DNA from: a virus
Direction: 5' to 3' (one strand)
Length of the DNA stretch: 64,000 nt
Virus record (IMG/VR): IMGVR_UViG_3300045988_119396
Positions 1 through 9,381 of the stretch are shown here, piece after piece. The notes below the pieces were generated by a model, which did no database searches, was not told where the DNA came from, and was given only the letters and a program-made list of their open reading frames with translations. Made by a program: the position numbers and the translations under genes. The first letter of the stretch is position 1; the number at the start of each line of letters is the position of its first letter.

Positions 1-2
1 TA

Positions 3-185
3 CGTTTTTCAGAAAGCTACTATTTTTGGATTGCACAAGGTCTTTCTTCTGTTATCTTATGGGGAATTACCGCAGCAAGTGGAGCAGTTAACTGGGTATT
101 ATTCGTAACATACCTATTGTACTTATCTAATGACGCAGTTGCATTATTTGATGAGAAGATTAGCTGGTTCCATCATAATAAATAG
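3..185 (+). CDS. 3' end of a membrane protein, partial (possibly PnuC-like transporter C-terminus)
   Basis: Frame 3 is open from the window start; hydrophobic W/L-rich segment ends at TAG 183-185; no start codon in window. Confidence 0.3.
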   Translation, partial: RFSESYYFWIAQGLSSVILWGITAASGAVNWVLFVTYLLYLSNDAVALFDEKISWFHHNK

Positions 186-316
186 GGCTCCCTAATGCTA
201 AAAGTTAGTTAAGTGGTTGTTACTAACGGTTATTAAAGTATGGTTGTTAGACTGGGTTTTCCAGTCTTTTAGAAGCGGTAGATATAAGCTACTGTTTCTA
301 AAAGGAGGGAAAGTAA

Positions 317-549
317 TGGAAGATTGGAATTGGAAACAAATTAGAAGGCAATCCATTATTGGTTTGATTATTGGTTTCATTGTCATCAATATTTATGCTG
401 TGTTATATGTGATGTTTCATGGAACAAGTAAAATGGCAGATACTCTGTTGGACGTAAATATGTTTATGATTATTGCACCTTGTAGTGTAGTATTCATGAT
501 GAGTTTTCTGGGGTTAATAGTGTCGATGGGAGTTGAAGATGATGAATGA
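317..549 (+). CDS. small membrane protein (track ORF 217..549; likely start is ATG 317 preceded by AAAGGAGGG)
   Basis: Strong Shine-Dalgarno 8 nt upstream of ATG at 317; two predicted TM helices. Confidence 0.5.
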
Positions 550-568
550 TAAAAAGGAAGTGATATAA

Positions 569-748
569 ATGGAAGTTTTGAAACTATTCGTAGGAACTTG
601 TGCCTTCACATTAGCTTTCCTTTTCTTGTACATATCGAGTAGAGCATTTATGGTAGGTATGTTTATGCTTGGTTTCATGTCTGCATTGATTGGAATAGGC
701 ATGGGTCATCTATCATATTCAATGTTTATAGATTTGTTTGAAGATTAA
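569..748 (+). CDS. small hydrophobic membrane protein (59 aa, below ORF-track cutoff)
   Basis: RBS AAGGAAGTG then ATG; continuous hydrophobic ORF MEVLKLFVGTCAFTLAF... Confidence 0.4.
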   Translation: MEVLKLFVGTCAFTLAFLFLYISSRAFMVGMFMLGFMSALIGIGMGHLSYSMFIDLFED

Positions 749-974
749 AGGAGTGGTATTCATAGTAGGAAAGATAATTGATGGAATATTATTGGGGCTA
801 TTAACACTTGTATATTTAGCTCTATTAGCTTGTGTAATATATTTCTTTCCACATGTAATTCATGTATATTTTGGATTGGGTTGGTTAATACTATATTGGT
901 TGTTCTTTGGAATACAAACTATATTAGGTTTAGTTGTAGTGCTGCTAATTATTATAGGTAGCTTAGGTGATTAG
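738..974 (+). CDS. small membrane protein
   Basis: Track ORF; highly hydrophobic, 2-3 TM segments; start uncertain. Confidence 0.4.
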   Translation: MKIKGVVFIVGKIIDGILLGLLTLVYLALLACVIYFFPHVIHVYFGLGWLILYWLFFGIQTILGLVVVLLIIIGSLGD

Positions 975-1032
975 TCCAATGCAACTATAATAAATTGAGA
1001 TAAATAAATGTGTTAACAGAGGAGGTGTAGGT

Positions 1033-1446
1033 ATGACATTACATTTGGGAAAATTTGACGATTTGACGTTAGATACCAAGTATGAGTACAAATATTGTAT
1101 GCTTGTCTATATTAAAAGTAGCTTGTATGATACACACGTTGTTCAGTTCACATATTTCAATAGTCTTTTTGAATTAGAAAAGGGATATAAAACACTTGTT
1201 GACGCATTAGAAGGTCGTAGTAAATGGGTTAATACCGAGGCTGGCGTTTTTCGTGTAGAAGATATTGAACATATTGCTCCAGTGGTTGCCTATAATGTCC
1301 CATCTGACGAATTTGACGAGGGGACATACAAAAGATGTTTGGACTTTGACATAAGCAAAGGTGACGTTTTTGACGGTCGATACAATCATATTAAACACGT
1401 TCCTATTGATTTGATACGTGCTAGTGAAAGATGGGTGCGTGAATAA
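1033..1446 (+). CDS. hypothetical protein
   Basis: Track ORF with RBS GAGGAGGTG upstream. Confidence 0.5.
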   Translation: MTLHLGKFDDLTLDTKYEYKYCMLVYIKSSLYDTHVVQFTYFNSLFELEKGYKTLVDALEGRSKWVNTEAGVFRVEDIEHIAPVVAYNVPSDEFDEGTYKRCLDFDISKGDVFDGRYNHIKHVPIDLIRASERWVRE

Positions 1447-1472
1447 AATGGATATTTTATAAGGAGATTTTT

Positions 1473-1742
1473 ATGGAAATAATAGACAATCGCAACATAA
1501 TTGTTGATGAAAATATCAAAACTGGTGACGTCTTAGAGGTCATTGACCCAGAAGACCATAGACATGAGTATTGGATTGTTGGTTGTCATGGTGATATTGA
1601 CGAAGAAAAAGCTGGATACTCACTTATTAACTTGGAAACTGGTGTGGCATTATTAGCAACAGACCTTGACTCAGCACTTAAATACTATTGCTTAGGCTGT
1701 GATATTAGAGTAGTAGATACGGAATTGCATATAGTTGAATAG
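1473..1742 (+). CDS. small acidic protein, member 1 of tandem 4-gene paralog family
   Basis: Shares GDV(L/I)..I.....Y(Y/W)(I/L)V......Y.L(V/I)(N/D)L(E/Q).G pattern with next three ORFs; RBS AAGGAG. Confidence 0.6.
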   Translation: MEIIDNRNIIVDENIKTGDVLEVIDPEDHRHEYWIVGCHGDIDEEKAGYSLINLETGVALLATDLDSALKYYCLGCDIRVVDTELHIVE

Positions 1743-2010
1743 GGGTGTGTTCATGGAAATTGTACAAGGATTAAAACGTAATTTAATAGTTGGTGACGTA
1801 ATCAAAATTTATCGCACCAAATACGCAGATGAATATGTAGATTATATAATGGTAGCACATCACGAAAACATAAAAACATACTATTTGGTTGACTTAGAGT
1901 CTGGGACTTTTATATATACAACTCGTGATTTTGAGAGTATTCGTGAGTTTTTAGATACAGATGTTAACGATTGGGAAATTGTAGACGCTAAGTTAATTGT
2001 ATCTAAGTAG
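1735..2010 (+). CDS. small acidic protein, paralog 2 (probable start ATG 1753)
   Basis: Overlaps stop of previous gene; same conserved motif. Confidence 0.6.
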   Translation: MNRGVFMEIVQGLKRNLIVGDVIKIYRTKYADEYVDYIMVAHHENIKTYYLVDLESGTFIYTTRDFESIREFLDTDVNDWEIVDAKLIVSK

Positions 2011-2278
2011 AGGTGTAAGTATGTCATTACGTAGAAATGTGAATGTGATAAAAAGTCTTAGAAGTGGAGATATAATTGACCTCGGCTTGAATGGGCATAG
2101 CGAATACTACATAGTAGCGTACCAAGCGGTTGGTGGAAGGTATTGTTTAGTCAACCTACAAGATGGCTACACAAGTGTATATGGGGATAGCCTAGCGTAT
2201 ATTGAAGACTTCTTGCGTGGCTTAGGTTATGAAATTATAGAAGATACAGAAGTACGTGTTAGTGATTTTAGCTTTTAG
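1997..2278 (+). CDS. small acidic protein, paralog 3 (probable start ATG 2021)
   Basis: RBS GAGGTG upstream of ATG; same motif. Confidence 0.6.
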   Translation: MYLSRGVSMSLRRNVNVIKSLRSGDIIDLGLNGHSEYYIVAYQAVGGRYCLVNLQDGYTSVYGDSLAYIEDFLRGLGYEIIEDTEVRVSDFSF

Positions 2279-2281
2279 GAG

Positions 2282-2569
2282 GTGTACATATTGGATATTA
2301 AAGAGATATTGGATAGAGAAGACTTGCGTTTGGGTGATGTAATCTACGATAAAACTCTTGACAAACACTTCATGTTGGCGGTGAATTGGGCTGAATTTGA
2401 CACTTTCGCATGTGTTATTGATTTGGAATATGGTGCAGTTATTAAAGACTATACGGTAGGTAATTCCATTGGGTTTTGGGAAGACTTCTTTGGTGATGAT
2501 GATGTGGAACTTGTAGATGAGCTTACAGCTGTTAGAGAAACGGAGGAAGAAGACGATAATGAAGATTGA
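2282..2569 (+). CDS. small acidic protein, paralog 4 (start GTG 2282 or TTG 2291)
   Basis: RBS AGGAGGTG; conserved motif; acidic C-terminal tail. Confidence 0.6.
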   Translation: MYILDIKEILDREDLRLGDVIYDKTLDKHFMLAVNWAEFDTFACVIDLEYGAVIKDYTVGNSIGFWEDFFGDDDVELVDELTAVRETEEEDDNED

Positions 2570-2717
2570 GCTAGAGAAAATCCTAACAACAATAGTCTTT
2601 TTGATAATTGTAGTTGGTTTAATTTTTTTACAGATAGATACAGTCATGAAATTTTCAGCTGCAATGTTGGTTTTAATTTATTGGGAACTTGAAGATATTT
2701 TGAGAAAACTTGATTAG
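2517..2717 (+). CDS. small membrane protein (possible)
   Basis: Track ORF; one TM helix; start uncertain, overlaps previous gene. Confidence 0.3.
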   Translation: MSLQLLEKRRKKTIMKIELEKILTTIVFLIIVVGLIFLQIDTVMKFSAAMLVLIYWELEDILRKLD

Positions 2718-2729
2718 GAGGAATAGCTC

Positions 2730-3140
2730 ATGGATAGACCATTACAGAACATAAACGATATAGATACATCTAAAATTGTTGAAGTCTATGATAATCTAGT
2801 GTGGTACAAATTATCATTAGATAATGGTTGGACATCTTATACGCTGCGTGCACATGATTGTATGCACGACAACGTGGAAATCTACAACAAGGATAATATC
2901 TATTCTGATGATGGATATACCCTCGGTGTTAATTTCTCTCATATTCCATCTGAACGCTATGATGAACTACGTCCCATTGTTAAGTGGTATGGCTGTAAGA
3001 TTGAAGATGATGGGGAAGTTGTATTGCATACTAATAAGATGAGATTTGGGAATCCGTTATTAAATATGACGTTAGCCCTTAGTACAATCGAAAACTACTT
3101 CGAGTTTAGTGGCAAGAAGGGAGATTATCCATACGAATGA
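2730..3140 (+). CDS. hypothetical protein
   Basis: Track ORF; RBS GGAGGAATAG upstream. Confidence 0.5.
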   Translation: MDRPLQNINDIDTSKIVEVYDNLVWYKLSLDNGWTSYTLRAHDCMHDNVEIYNKDNIYSDDGYTLGVNFSHIPSERYDELRPIVKWYGCKIEDDGEVVLHTNKMRFGNPLLNMTLALSTIENYFEFSGKKGDYPYE

Positions 3141-3511
3141 CAAGTGCTGAAAGAGAGTTTAATAAGTCAGTGCGTAATCTATCTACATACCTTGAGAGTG
3201 ATGACATGATTTCTGCTGATAACGAACTAAAAGTTATGCGTAAAGTATATGACGAGATGAAAAAGATAGAAAGCCATAGCATTACATTATGGCTATTTGT
3301 TACAGCGGCTTTGGTTGTGTATATTGGTATGGGATGGGGTAAGTACGAAATACTAACCATGCTAATGACAGGACTAGAGGCATTTTCATTTGCTCTAATG
3401 ACTTATACTTCTAATATAGTAGATAATTTTATTGACAATATCGAATATTGGGAAGACAAGTATAATTTACATAAGGGGGTGAACAGACGAGTTGACAACA
3501 GTATCAACTAA
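3137..3511 (+). CDS. hypothetical protein with two central TM helices
   Basis: Track ORF; ATGA overlap with preceding gene. Confidence 0.5.
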   Translation: MTSAEREFNKSVRNLSTYLESDDMISADNELKVMRKVYDEMKKIESHSITLWLFVTAALVVYIGMGWGKYEILTMLMTGLEAFSFALMTYTSNIVDNFIDNIEYWEDKYNLHKGVNRRVDNSIN

Positions 3512-3740
3512 TAATGTAGTAACAGTATATACTAAGAATAATTGTCCGCAATGCAAGATAACAAAACGTAAGTTGCATATTTTGGGTATTAACTATCATG
3601 AACACAATGTAGATGAAGACCCTAAAGCATTAGAATATCTAATAGAAAGAGGCTTGCGTAGTTTACCTGTTGTAGTTACAGAAGATGATACATGGACTGG
3701 GCTACGAATGGATAAGTTAAACAATCTTCAAAAAAGATGA
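3492..3740 (+). CDS. nrdH: NrdH-like glutaredoxin
   Basis: CPQC redox motif near N-terminus; ~80 aa thioredoxin-fold size; RBS GGGGGTG before TTG start. Confidence 0.75.
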   Translation: MTTVSTNNVVTVYTKNNCPQCKITKRKLHILGINYHEHNVDEDPKALEYLIERGLRSLPVVVTEDDTWTGLRMDKLNNLQKR

Positions 3741-3761
3741 ATATTTCTTAGTTTTTCTGTT

Positions 3762-3790
3762 GACTTTTATTTTCTATGTGGTATCATAAT
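3762..3790 (+). promoter_or_regulatory. sigma-A-like promoter (TTGACT - 17 nt - TATCATAAT)
   Basis: Consensus -35/-10 spacing seen directly. Confidence 0.4.
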
Positions 3791-3905
3791 ATATGTAGTT
3801 AAGAGTTAAGAGAATAAACGAGCAACTCAAAGCTACAACAAAACAATTAAATAAATCTATTATATGCGTTGAGCTTACAAAATGTGTCCTGTTAAGTAAG
3901 TCAAC

Positions 3906-3985
3906 AATCGGATAGCTTAATGGCAGAGCGTACGAGTATGATAACGATACTTGTAAGGTTTGATGTTCAATTCATCAATCCGATA
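3906..3985 (+). ncRNA. tRNA-like element (non-canonical, possibly degenerate tRNA)
   Basis: Perfect 7-bp acceptor pairing; D-arm-like TAGCTTAATGGCAGAGC; T-arm TGATG/TTCAATT/CATCA; 7-bp anticodon-like stem with loop GATAACG; spacing not canonical. Confidence 0.3.
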
Positions 3986-4530
3986 TTTGTCACAGTGATT
4001 ATTTGACAATAATGTTTATTTTGTACTCATGATGAGTACCTCCTTTTATTTAAACTTATTTTTCTGAATTATGTAGTACGTATACCTAATCACTGTGGCA
4101 CACCTCCAAGTTAGATTGGTAGGTGGGTAAGATAACGGTATTGCCCATCTACAAAAGAGTTGGCACTTCTCCTACATAAAATTAGAATTAATGTTTCATT
4201 CCAGTCAGCTCTTTTGTAGGTGAACAAAACTTAGTTTGCCTAAACAATTTTCGCAAGTCTGAAAGGATTTGTACTTTCCAAATTGATGGTGTTCTATGGT
4301 TAGTATTTCTCTAGTCTATTTTGTTAATTATTTTAATACTAATTTTAATATCATCTCTTTAACACTTTTTATTTTTATATTATTTTGTTTTTATCTGAAT
4401 GTCAGCCCATTAGGGTTGATATATCAGCGAGTAGACGGTTGACTTTTTGATATATTTTTTACGACCTCCGATTTTATGCTTGTTTTTTAAGCTACTCGTT
4501 GATATATCCATCTTAGTCGGAGGTGTAAGC

Positions 4531-4746
4531 GTGGATAAATTAAGCAATATAATTGATAAGTTTCTCTTAACAAGAACATGGTATGTAATACAATGGCTGT
4601 TTATCATAGTTATTGCATTTGACCTAATCTTTTACAGCTACGGTTTCTGGACTAAGTTATTCTATTTAACTGGTTTGACAGCTGGGTTTAGCAATATTAA
4701 GGAATGGCACAAGAAGCGTACCTATTCTGTTAAGAGAAAACATTAA
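4531..4746 (+). CDS. small membrane protein (GTG start after GGAGGTG RBS; inside track ORF 4447..4746)
   Basis: RBS + GTG; hydrophobic core. Confidence 0.3.
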   Translation: MDKLSNIIDKFLLTRTWYVIQWLFIIVIAFDLIFYSYGFWTKLFYLTGLTAGFSNIKEWHKKRTYSVKRKH

Positions 4747-4871
4747 TATACATACAACTCTAAAGCTATAACATATCTTAATTTTTTGCGTGATATGTAT
4801 CGGCTTACTTTATAAAGTTAGTACAGTATAGAATATAAAATCATTACATCAATTTAGTGAAGTGAAGCGAG

Positions 4872-6041
4872 GTGAGTAAGATGTTAAAAGGTATTAAATT
4901 ACGTATATACCCAAATAAGAGACAACGTGAACAGTTGGATATTATGTTTGGTAATAGTCGTTTTATTTGGAATAATATGTTAGCTACGATGAACGAGCGT
5001 TACAAGAATAACAAAGATTTACCTATGTTAACCGAGTATAAATTACATGTTCTACTAAAACCTTTGAAAGTTGAATATCCATTCTTGAAAGAGAGTGATA
5101 GCACTGCTTTACAAGTAGATTGTCAAAATCTGTATCGAGCGTGGAAGAACTTCTTTAAATCTGGTTTTGGTAAGCCTAGATTCAAGTCTAGGAAATTCTA
5201 CAAGCAATCTTATACAGGTAAGTCGGCACCTAATGTTCATGTAGTAGCTAAAAGATATATGAAACTACCTAAGCTAGGCTATATCAAAACTAGCAAAACA
5301 TTTCAACTCACCGATTGCAAGATTAAACGTTATACGTTAAGTCATGGCACGACTGGTCGTTATTATTTATCTTTACAGGTAGAATGTGAAAATCAAGCAT
5401 TGTTACCTAAGACAAATAAATCAGTTGGGTTAGATTTAGGTGTAGCAGATTTAGCTATTTCTTCTGATGGAATTAAATATGATACATTCCATGTGGGAGA
5501 TTTAGAACATAAAGCTAACTTGTGGCAACGTAAGTTTTCTAAGCGTAGACATCAAGCTAAGGTTTGTATCGAAAGTGATAAATACTCAAAAGTATTAGTG
5601 CCTAGAGATTTTGATGATTTTAAAAATCTACAAAAGGCTCGAAAGCGCAAAGCGAGATTGCAAGCTAAGATAGCTAACAAACGTAAAGATTACTTGCATA
5701 AATTAACCACTACGTTAGTAAAGCAATACGATACTATCGTTATTGAAGATTTAAAGGCTAAGAATATGATGAAAAATCATAAACTAGCAAAAGCAATAGC
5801 TAACGGTTCATGGTATTTATTCCGTTCTATGTTGGAATATAAGTGTAATTGGTATGGGAAGCAACTAATAGTAGTTAGTCCTAAATACACTTCACAAGTC
5901 TGTTCTAACTGTGGTGTAAATACAGGCAAGAAATCGTTAGATGTTCGTGAGTGGACTTGTGATAATTGTGGTACACATCACGATAGAGATATTAACGCTG
6001 CTAGAAATATCTTGGCTAAAGGATTGAAAGAAGTAGCTTAA
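4872..6041 (+). CDS. tnpB: TnpB (OrfB) RNA-guided nuclease, IS200/IS605 family
   Basis: Ruv[12 protein letters not shown], Ruv[11 protein letters not shown], zinc finger CSNCG...CDNCG, Ruv[16 protein letters not shown]; all three catalytic acidic residues present. Confidence 0.9.
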   Translation: MSKMLKGIKLRIYPNKRQREQLDIMFGNSRFIWNNMLATMNERYKNNKDLPMLTEYKLHVLLKPLKVEYPFLKESDSTALQVDCQNLYRAWKNFFKSGFGKPRFKSRKFYKQSYTGKSAPNVHVVAKRYMKLPKLGYIKTSKTFQLTDCKIKRYTLSHGTTGRYYLSLQVECENQALLPKTNKSVGLDLGVADLAISSDGIKYDTFHVGDLEHKANLWQRKFSKRRHQAKVCIESDKYSKVLVPRDFDDFKNLQKARKRKARLQAKIANKRKDYLHKLTTTLVKQYDTIVIEDLKAKNMMKNHKLAKAIANGSWYLFRSMLEYKCNWYGKQLIVVSPKYTSQVCSNCGVNTGKKSLDVREWTCDNCGTHHDRDINAARNILAKGLKEVA

Positions 6042-6300
6042 ATAAGCGCAAAAGGTACGGGACGTGCCTCGGTAATATATCTAGGTTCTGTAAGTTAGGC
6101 TTAGTCCTAAATACTACCTAGAGTTCCCAGAAACCACCGTTTTTAATAGGTGTGTAGTCCATATAAGGCAGCTTGATGGTTGCTAAAGGGAACGGGTTGG
6201 TTTTTCACATCCTTTCAATGAATACAGATAATTAACCCCTAATACAACTTACAATACTGACACAGTTTTTGTCCCGTTCTCTCTAGGAGCTATCAAAAGC
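6042..6300 (+). ncRNA. candidate TnpB omega-RNA / right-end RNA
   Basis: Structured GC-richer region immediately 3' of tnpB; position expected for reRNA. Confidence 0.3.
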
Positions 6301-6923
6301 TCTCCCAAAACAAGTCTACTACATGTTAAGAGTTTAGAGAATAAATGGTAGACATTTGGTATGTAAGGCAGTAGAAAAATGCTAACACACCACAGCATTT
6401 ACACTAATCAGACGTCCTTGCATACCACGCTCACAGACTTTGGCGCAACGAGGAATGTGGGAGCGGATAGCTGAGTCACAGGTGGTGTTGTGACAGAGAG
6501 CTATGCGTAATTATTTATCTTAGTTGGTAGTCATGTGGTGTATATGTGTAGCACACTCGTCCTTAACACGAGAGAAGTAGGGTTCAACTCTCTACCATGA
6601 CATAGAGGCGAAATGTCTCGAAACAAGCATATCTTGTATGGTGATATACATTGTTATGTATTGATTGGTTATTAATCAATCTCATATAAATACTCCTTTT
6701 TTTTAAATTATTTTTTTGGTTACCGCAGATGTTAAAAGGTGCATTTTACGAGTTCGACTCTCGATGTGGTAATTGGGGTAGAGCATGAATGCCCCGAAGC
6801 ACAATAACGGTAAGTGCGTAGATTTACGTATTTTGCGTGACATTAAAAAGTTAATTCATGAACAGGTTCATTACGACTTACGTGGTTGGTTCATGAATAA
6901 GATTTCCTCCTTTTAAAAAGGTA

Positions 6924-6985
6924 TACGGTGTAGCTCAAATGGTAGAGCAAGGAGGCTGATATGGGTTCGAGTCCCATCACCGTAA
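6924..6985 (+). pseudogene. tRNA fragment (acceptor + D-arm + T-arm; anticodon arm missing)
   Basis: TACGGTG..GTAGCTCAAATGGTAGAGCA..ATGGGTTCGAGTCCCAT..CACCGTA; only 62 nt. Confidence 0.3.
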
Positions 6986-8067
6986 TTTTGTTCTTTGACA
7001 ATCGTATACTTTACTATTCAAACAGCAATTCAAGCATAACCAGTTGTATAAGGGGTCTAATCAACCCTTGCTGGATATGTACCTGTAATTCGTAGTAGAT
7101 GTAGTCTGAGTGATAGCTTAGACAAGTCGTGAGATGGTTAGTAATATCTATTGAACCTAGTAAAAGCTAGGACGTAGGGTACGTATGTGGATACATGTGA
7201 CGTTAGTGTTTCACTGGCTGTTGGCATTAGATAATAGACGCTTACAGTGTGAGAATAACCCATTGACAGCTTAGTGTGGCAACTAAGTGTTGCGTTGGGA
7301 ATGCCAAGAATAATGTTTGCCTTGACGCTTAGGAAACTAAGCTATAACAACAGAGGTGAGAACAAGTAGGGTAATGGCAATATATACAGTTAACTTGTGC
7401 ATTACAAACGACAGATAAGAGATAATTTTGTAAATATTCTGAATGATAACCTGAAAGTTGGGATTTACCATAATCGCCACATTTTTAAAAAGCAAAAGGA
7501 AGTGATGAGGTAGCTCTTTGTCACTCAGACCTTTTGAGATGTTCACATAATAAACGGTAGCATGTTGAAGCAGAGTGAAAGCTCATGTTTGAATTGCTAT
7601 TTGAGTAGTGAAGCATATGATATATCAAAGAACATATAACTATATTTACTCACCTCGGTAGTTATGTTCTGGTTCAACTCCAGAAGTGAGCTTTGTACCA
7701 ACTCCCGACACACCTCTCATCAAGGCAGTACCGTTATGCGTACTTTAAAGTGGGACGGGTGCGGTACGGCATCTCGTTAGTACGTTACTCGAGGGTGCGG
7801 AAGGTGTTTTGCAAGGGACATACTATGCCAAGCGTGGAGGTTGATTACCTCGCAGCAGATAGCTACTGTTGTCATACGTGCGAGCTTGGTGTGTGTAGTT
7901 AGGTGTGCCGCCTATTTAGTAAGTTGTCTTAAAGTGGCAAGATAGCTTTTCGATTATAAGCCCGTTAGCCAGCTATCCCTTCGGTGCAGTGGAGTTACTC
8001 GCTAGACTTCGCTAGGGAGCAGATTGCAGAGGCGACTGTGATTTATGCTTGATGGCTGACTATTTTT

Positions 8068-8157
8068 GGTAAGTTACTCAAGTTGGTGAAGAGGACAGTT
8101 TGCTAAACTGTTAGGTCTGCGATTGTAGACGCAAGGGTTCGAGTCCCTTACTTACCT
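8068..8157 (+). tRNA. tRNA-Ser (anticodon GCU), type II with long variable arm
   Basis: 7/7 acceptor pairing GGTAAGT/ACTTACC; 3-bp D-stem; anticodon stem ACAGT/ACTGT with loop TTGCTAA; T-arm AAGGG/TTCGAGT/CCCTT. Confidence 0.6.
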
Positions 8158-8177
8158 TTAACAATTAAATATTAAAG

Positions 8178-8404
8178 TTCGTGTGCATATACAGGAATGA
8201 TTTCACATTGTCATGTTTACCCTTGCAAGTGAAAACACAAGCAGCGTTACAATTACATATTATTGTTTGTCTAGTAATTGATGTAATTGTTCATCGTCAG
8301 TTAGCTGTTACTCTGGTTTAAGGTCTATCAATTCTTGTTCGCATTGCTTTATTAGTTCTACTTCTGGGAGTTATGTTCTAATCATTCCTGTACATACACA
8401 CGAA
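8178..8404. repeat. 25-bp inverted repeat pair (8178-8202 and 8380-8404, 23/25 match) bracketing ~175 bp; right arm abuts dNK start
   Basis: TTCGTGTGCATATACAGGAATGATT vs reverse complement of AATCATTCCTGTACATACACACGAA. Confidence 0.5.
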
Positions 8405-8405
8405 T

Positions 8406-9137
8406 GTGAGAAAGAAGTTGGTTAGTATTATCTATGTAATTGGTAGTATTTCTGCTGGCAAATCTAGCTTAACGGAGATACTCGCTAAAGATTTAAATAG
8501 TACCCCATACTACGAAGATGTAAACAATGGCTTAATCAAAGGCATGTTGGAACATTTTTACAGTGCTGGTGCAGAAAGTAGAAAACAAGTTAGTGCTATG
8601 TTACAGGTGGCTTTCTTAACGGTTAGATACCAACAATTAAAGAAGGCTATCGTTGAAGAAAATGCTATATTAGACTCCAATCTAGTAAGCGATTATATCT
8701 TAGCACGAAATATATATGAACGAGGGGAAATGGACGAAGACGCTTATAACGTTTACATGACATTGAACCAAGAAATGCAATCTAATGTTAATGGTAGTCC
8801 TTTTAACGGTTTTCCAGATTTAGTAGTATATATTGATATTGATGAAGAAGCTGAAATTGACTCAATACAAGCACGTGGTCGTGATATGGAAGATGTACGT
8901 AAAGACCCTAAGTTAGTTGATTATTATCATTCAGTGAATAGAGCATACAAGCGTTGGTATGATGGGTTCTACCAAGCACCAGTTGTACGCATTGACCGTT
9001 CACAATACGATTTCGTAAACAACCTATCCGACCGTAATGAAGTACTTAATCTAATTGAACAAAAGCTAGTTGATTTAGGTAAATTGACGCAAGATGAGTT
9101 CGATAAAATCAAAGCAAAACGTGATAAGGAGGTGTAG
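8406..9137 (+). CDS. deoxynucleoside kinase (dAK/dGK family)
   Basis: N-terminal P-loop GSISAGKSS; size and layout typical of dNK. Confidence 0.75.
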   Translation: MRKKLVSIIYVIGSISAGKSSLTEILAKDLNSTPYYEDVNNGLIKGMLEHFYSAGAESRKQVSAMLQVAFLTVRYQQLKKAIVEENAILDSNLVSDYILARNIYERGEMDEDAYNVYMTLNQEMQSNVNGSPFNGFPDLVVYIDIDEEAEIDSIQARGRDMEDVRKDPKLVDYYHSVNRAYKRWYDGFYQAPVVRIDRSQYDFVNNLSDRNEVLNLIEQKLVDLGKLTQDEFDKIKAKRDKEV

Positions 9138-9144
9138 CCCCTAG

Positions 9145-9369
9145 TTGCGTAACATTGAAAAGTTATCTAAACCAATCTATATCGTTAAAGGTTTGAGCGA
9201 TGATTACTATCATGTAACTACCGATAATGCTGCTGATGGTAAAGATGTGTTATTTAGTAGTGATAATGGTATTGAGTTACTATCATTCGTTACTGGTTAC
9301 AATATCAATGCTCAAATCAAAATCAATGAAGATAAATTGGAAAATCTAATTGCTGAATTATCTAAATAA
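9145..9369 (+). CDS. hypothetical protein
   Basis: Track ORF. Confidence 0.5.
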   Translation: MRNIEKLSKPIYIVKGLSDDYYHVTTDNAADGKDVLFSSDNGIELLSFVTGYNINAQIKINEDKLENLIAELSK

Positions 9370-9381
9370 GGTAGGTAAATA

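Larger units (their letters stand above)
4747..6300 (+). mobile_element. IS200/IS605-family TnpB-only element (IS1341-type); ends not defined
   Basis: Intact tnpB with no tnpA; flanking ORF-free structured DNA; boundaries are approximate. Confidence 0.4.

Noticed and set aside
6924-6985. Functional tRNA
   Set aside because: Acceptor, D- and T-arms are perfect but only 13 nt separate the D- and T-arms, so there is no anticodon arm. It is called a fragment or pseudogene.
7337-7902. ORFs 7337..7546(-) and 7693..7902(+) in the ORF-free tract
   Set aside because: No RBS. Arg/Cys/Tyr-rich translations are typical of GC-rich structured RNA, and they sit among tRNA-like fragments. They are more likely non-coding.
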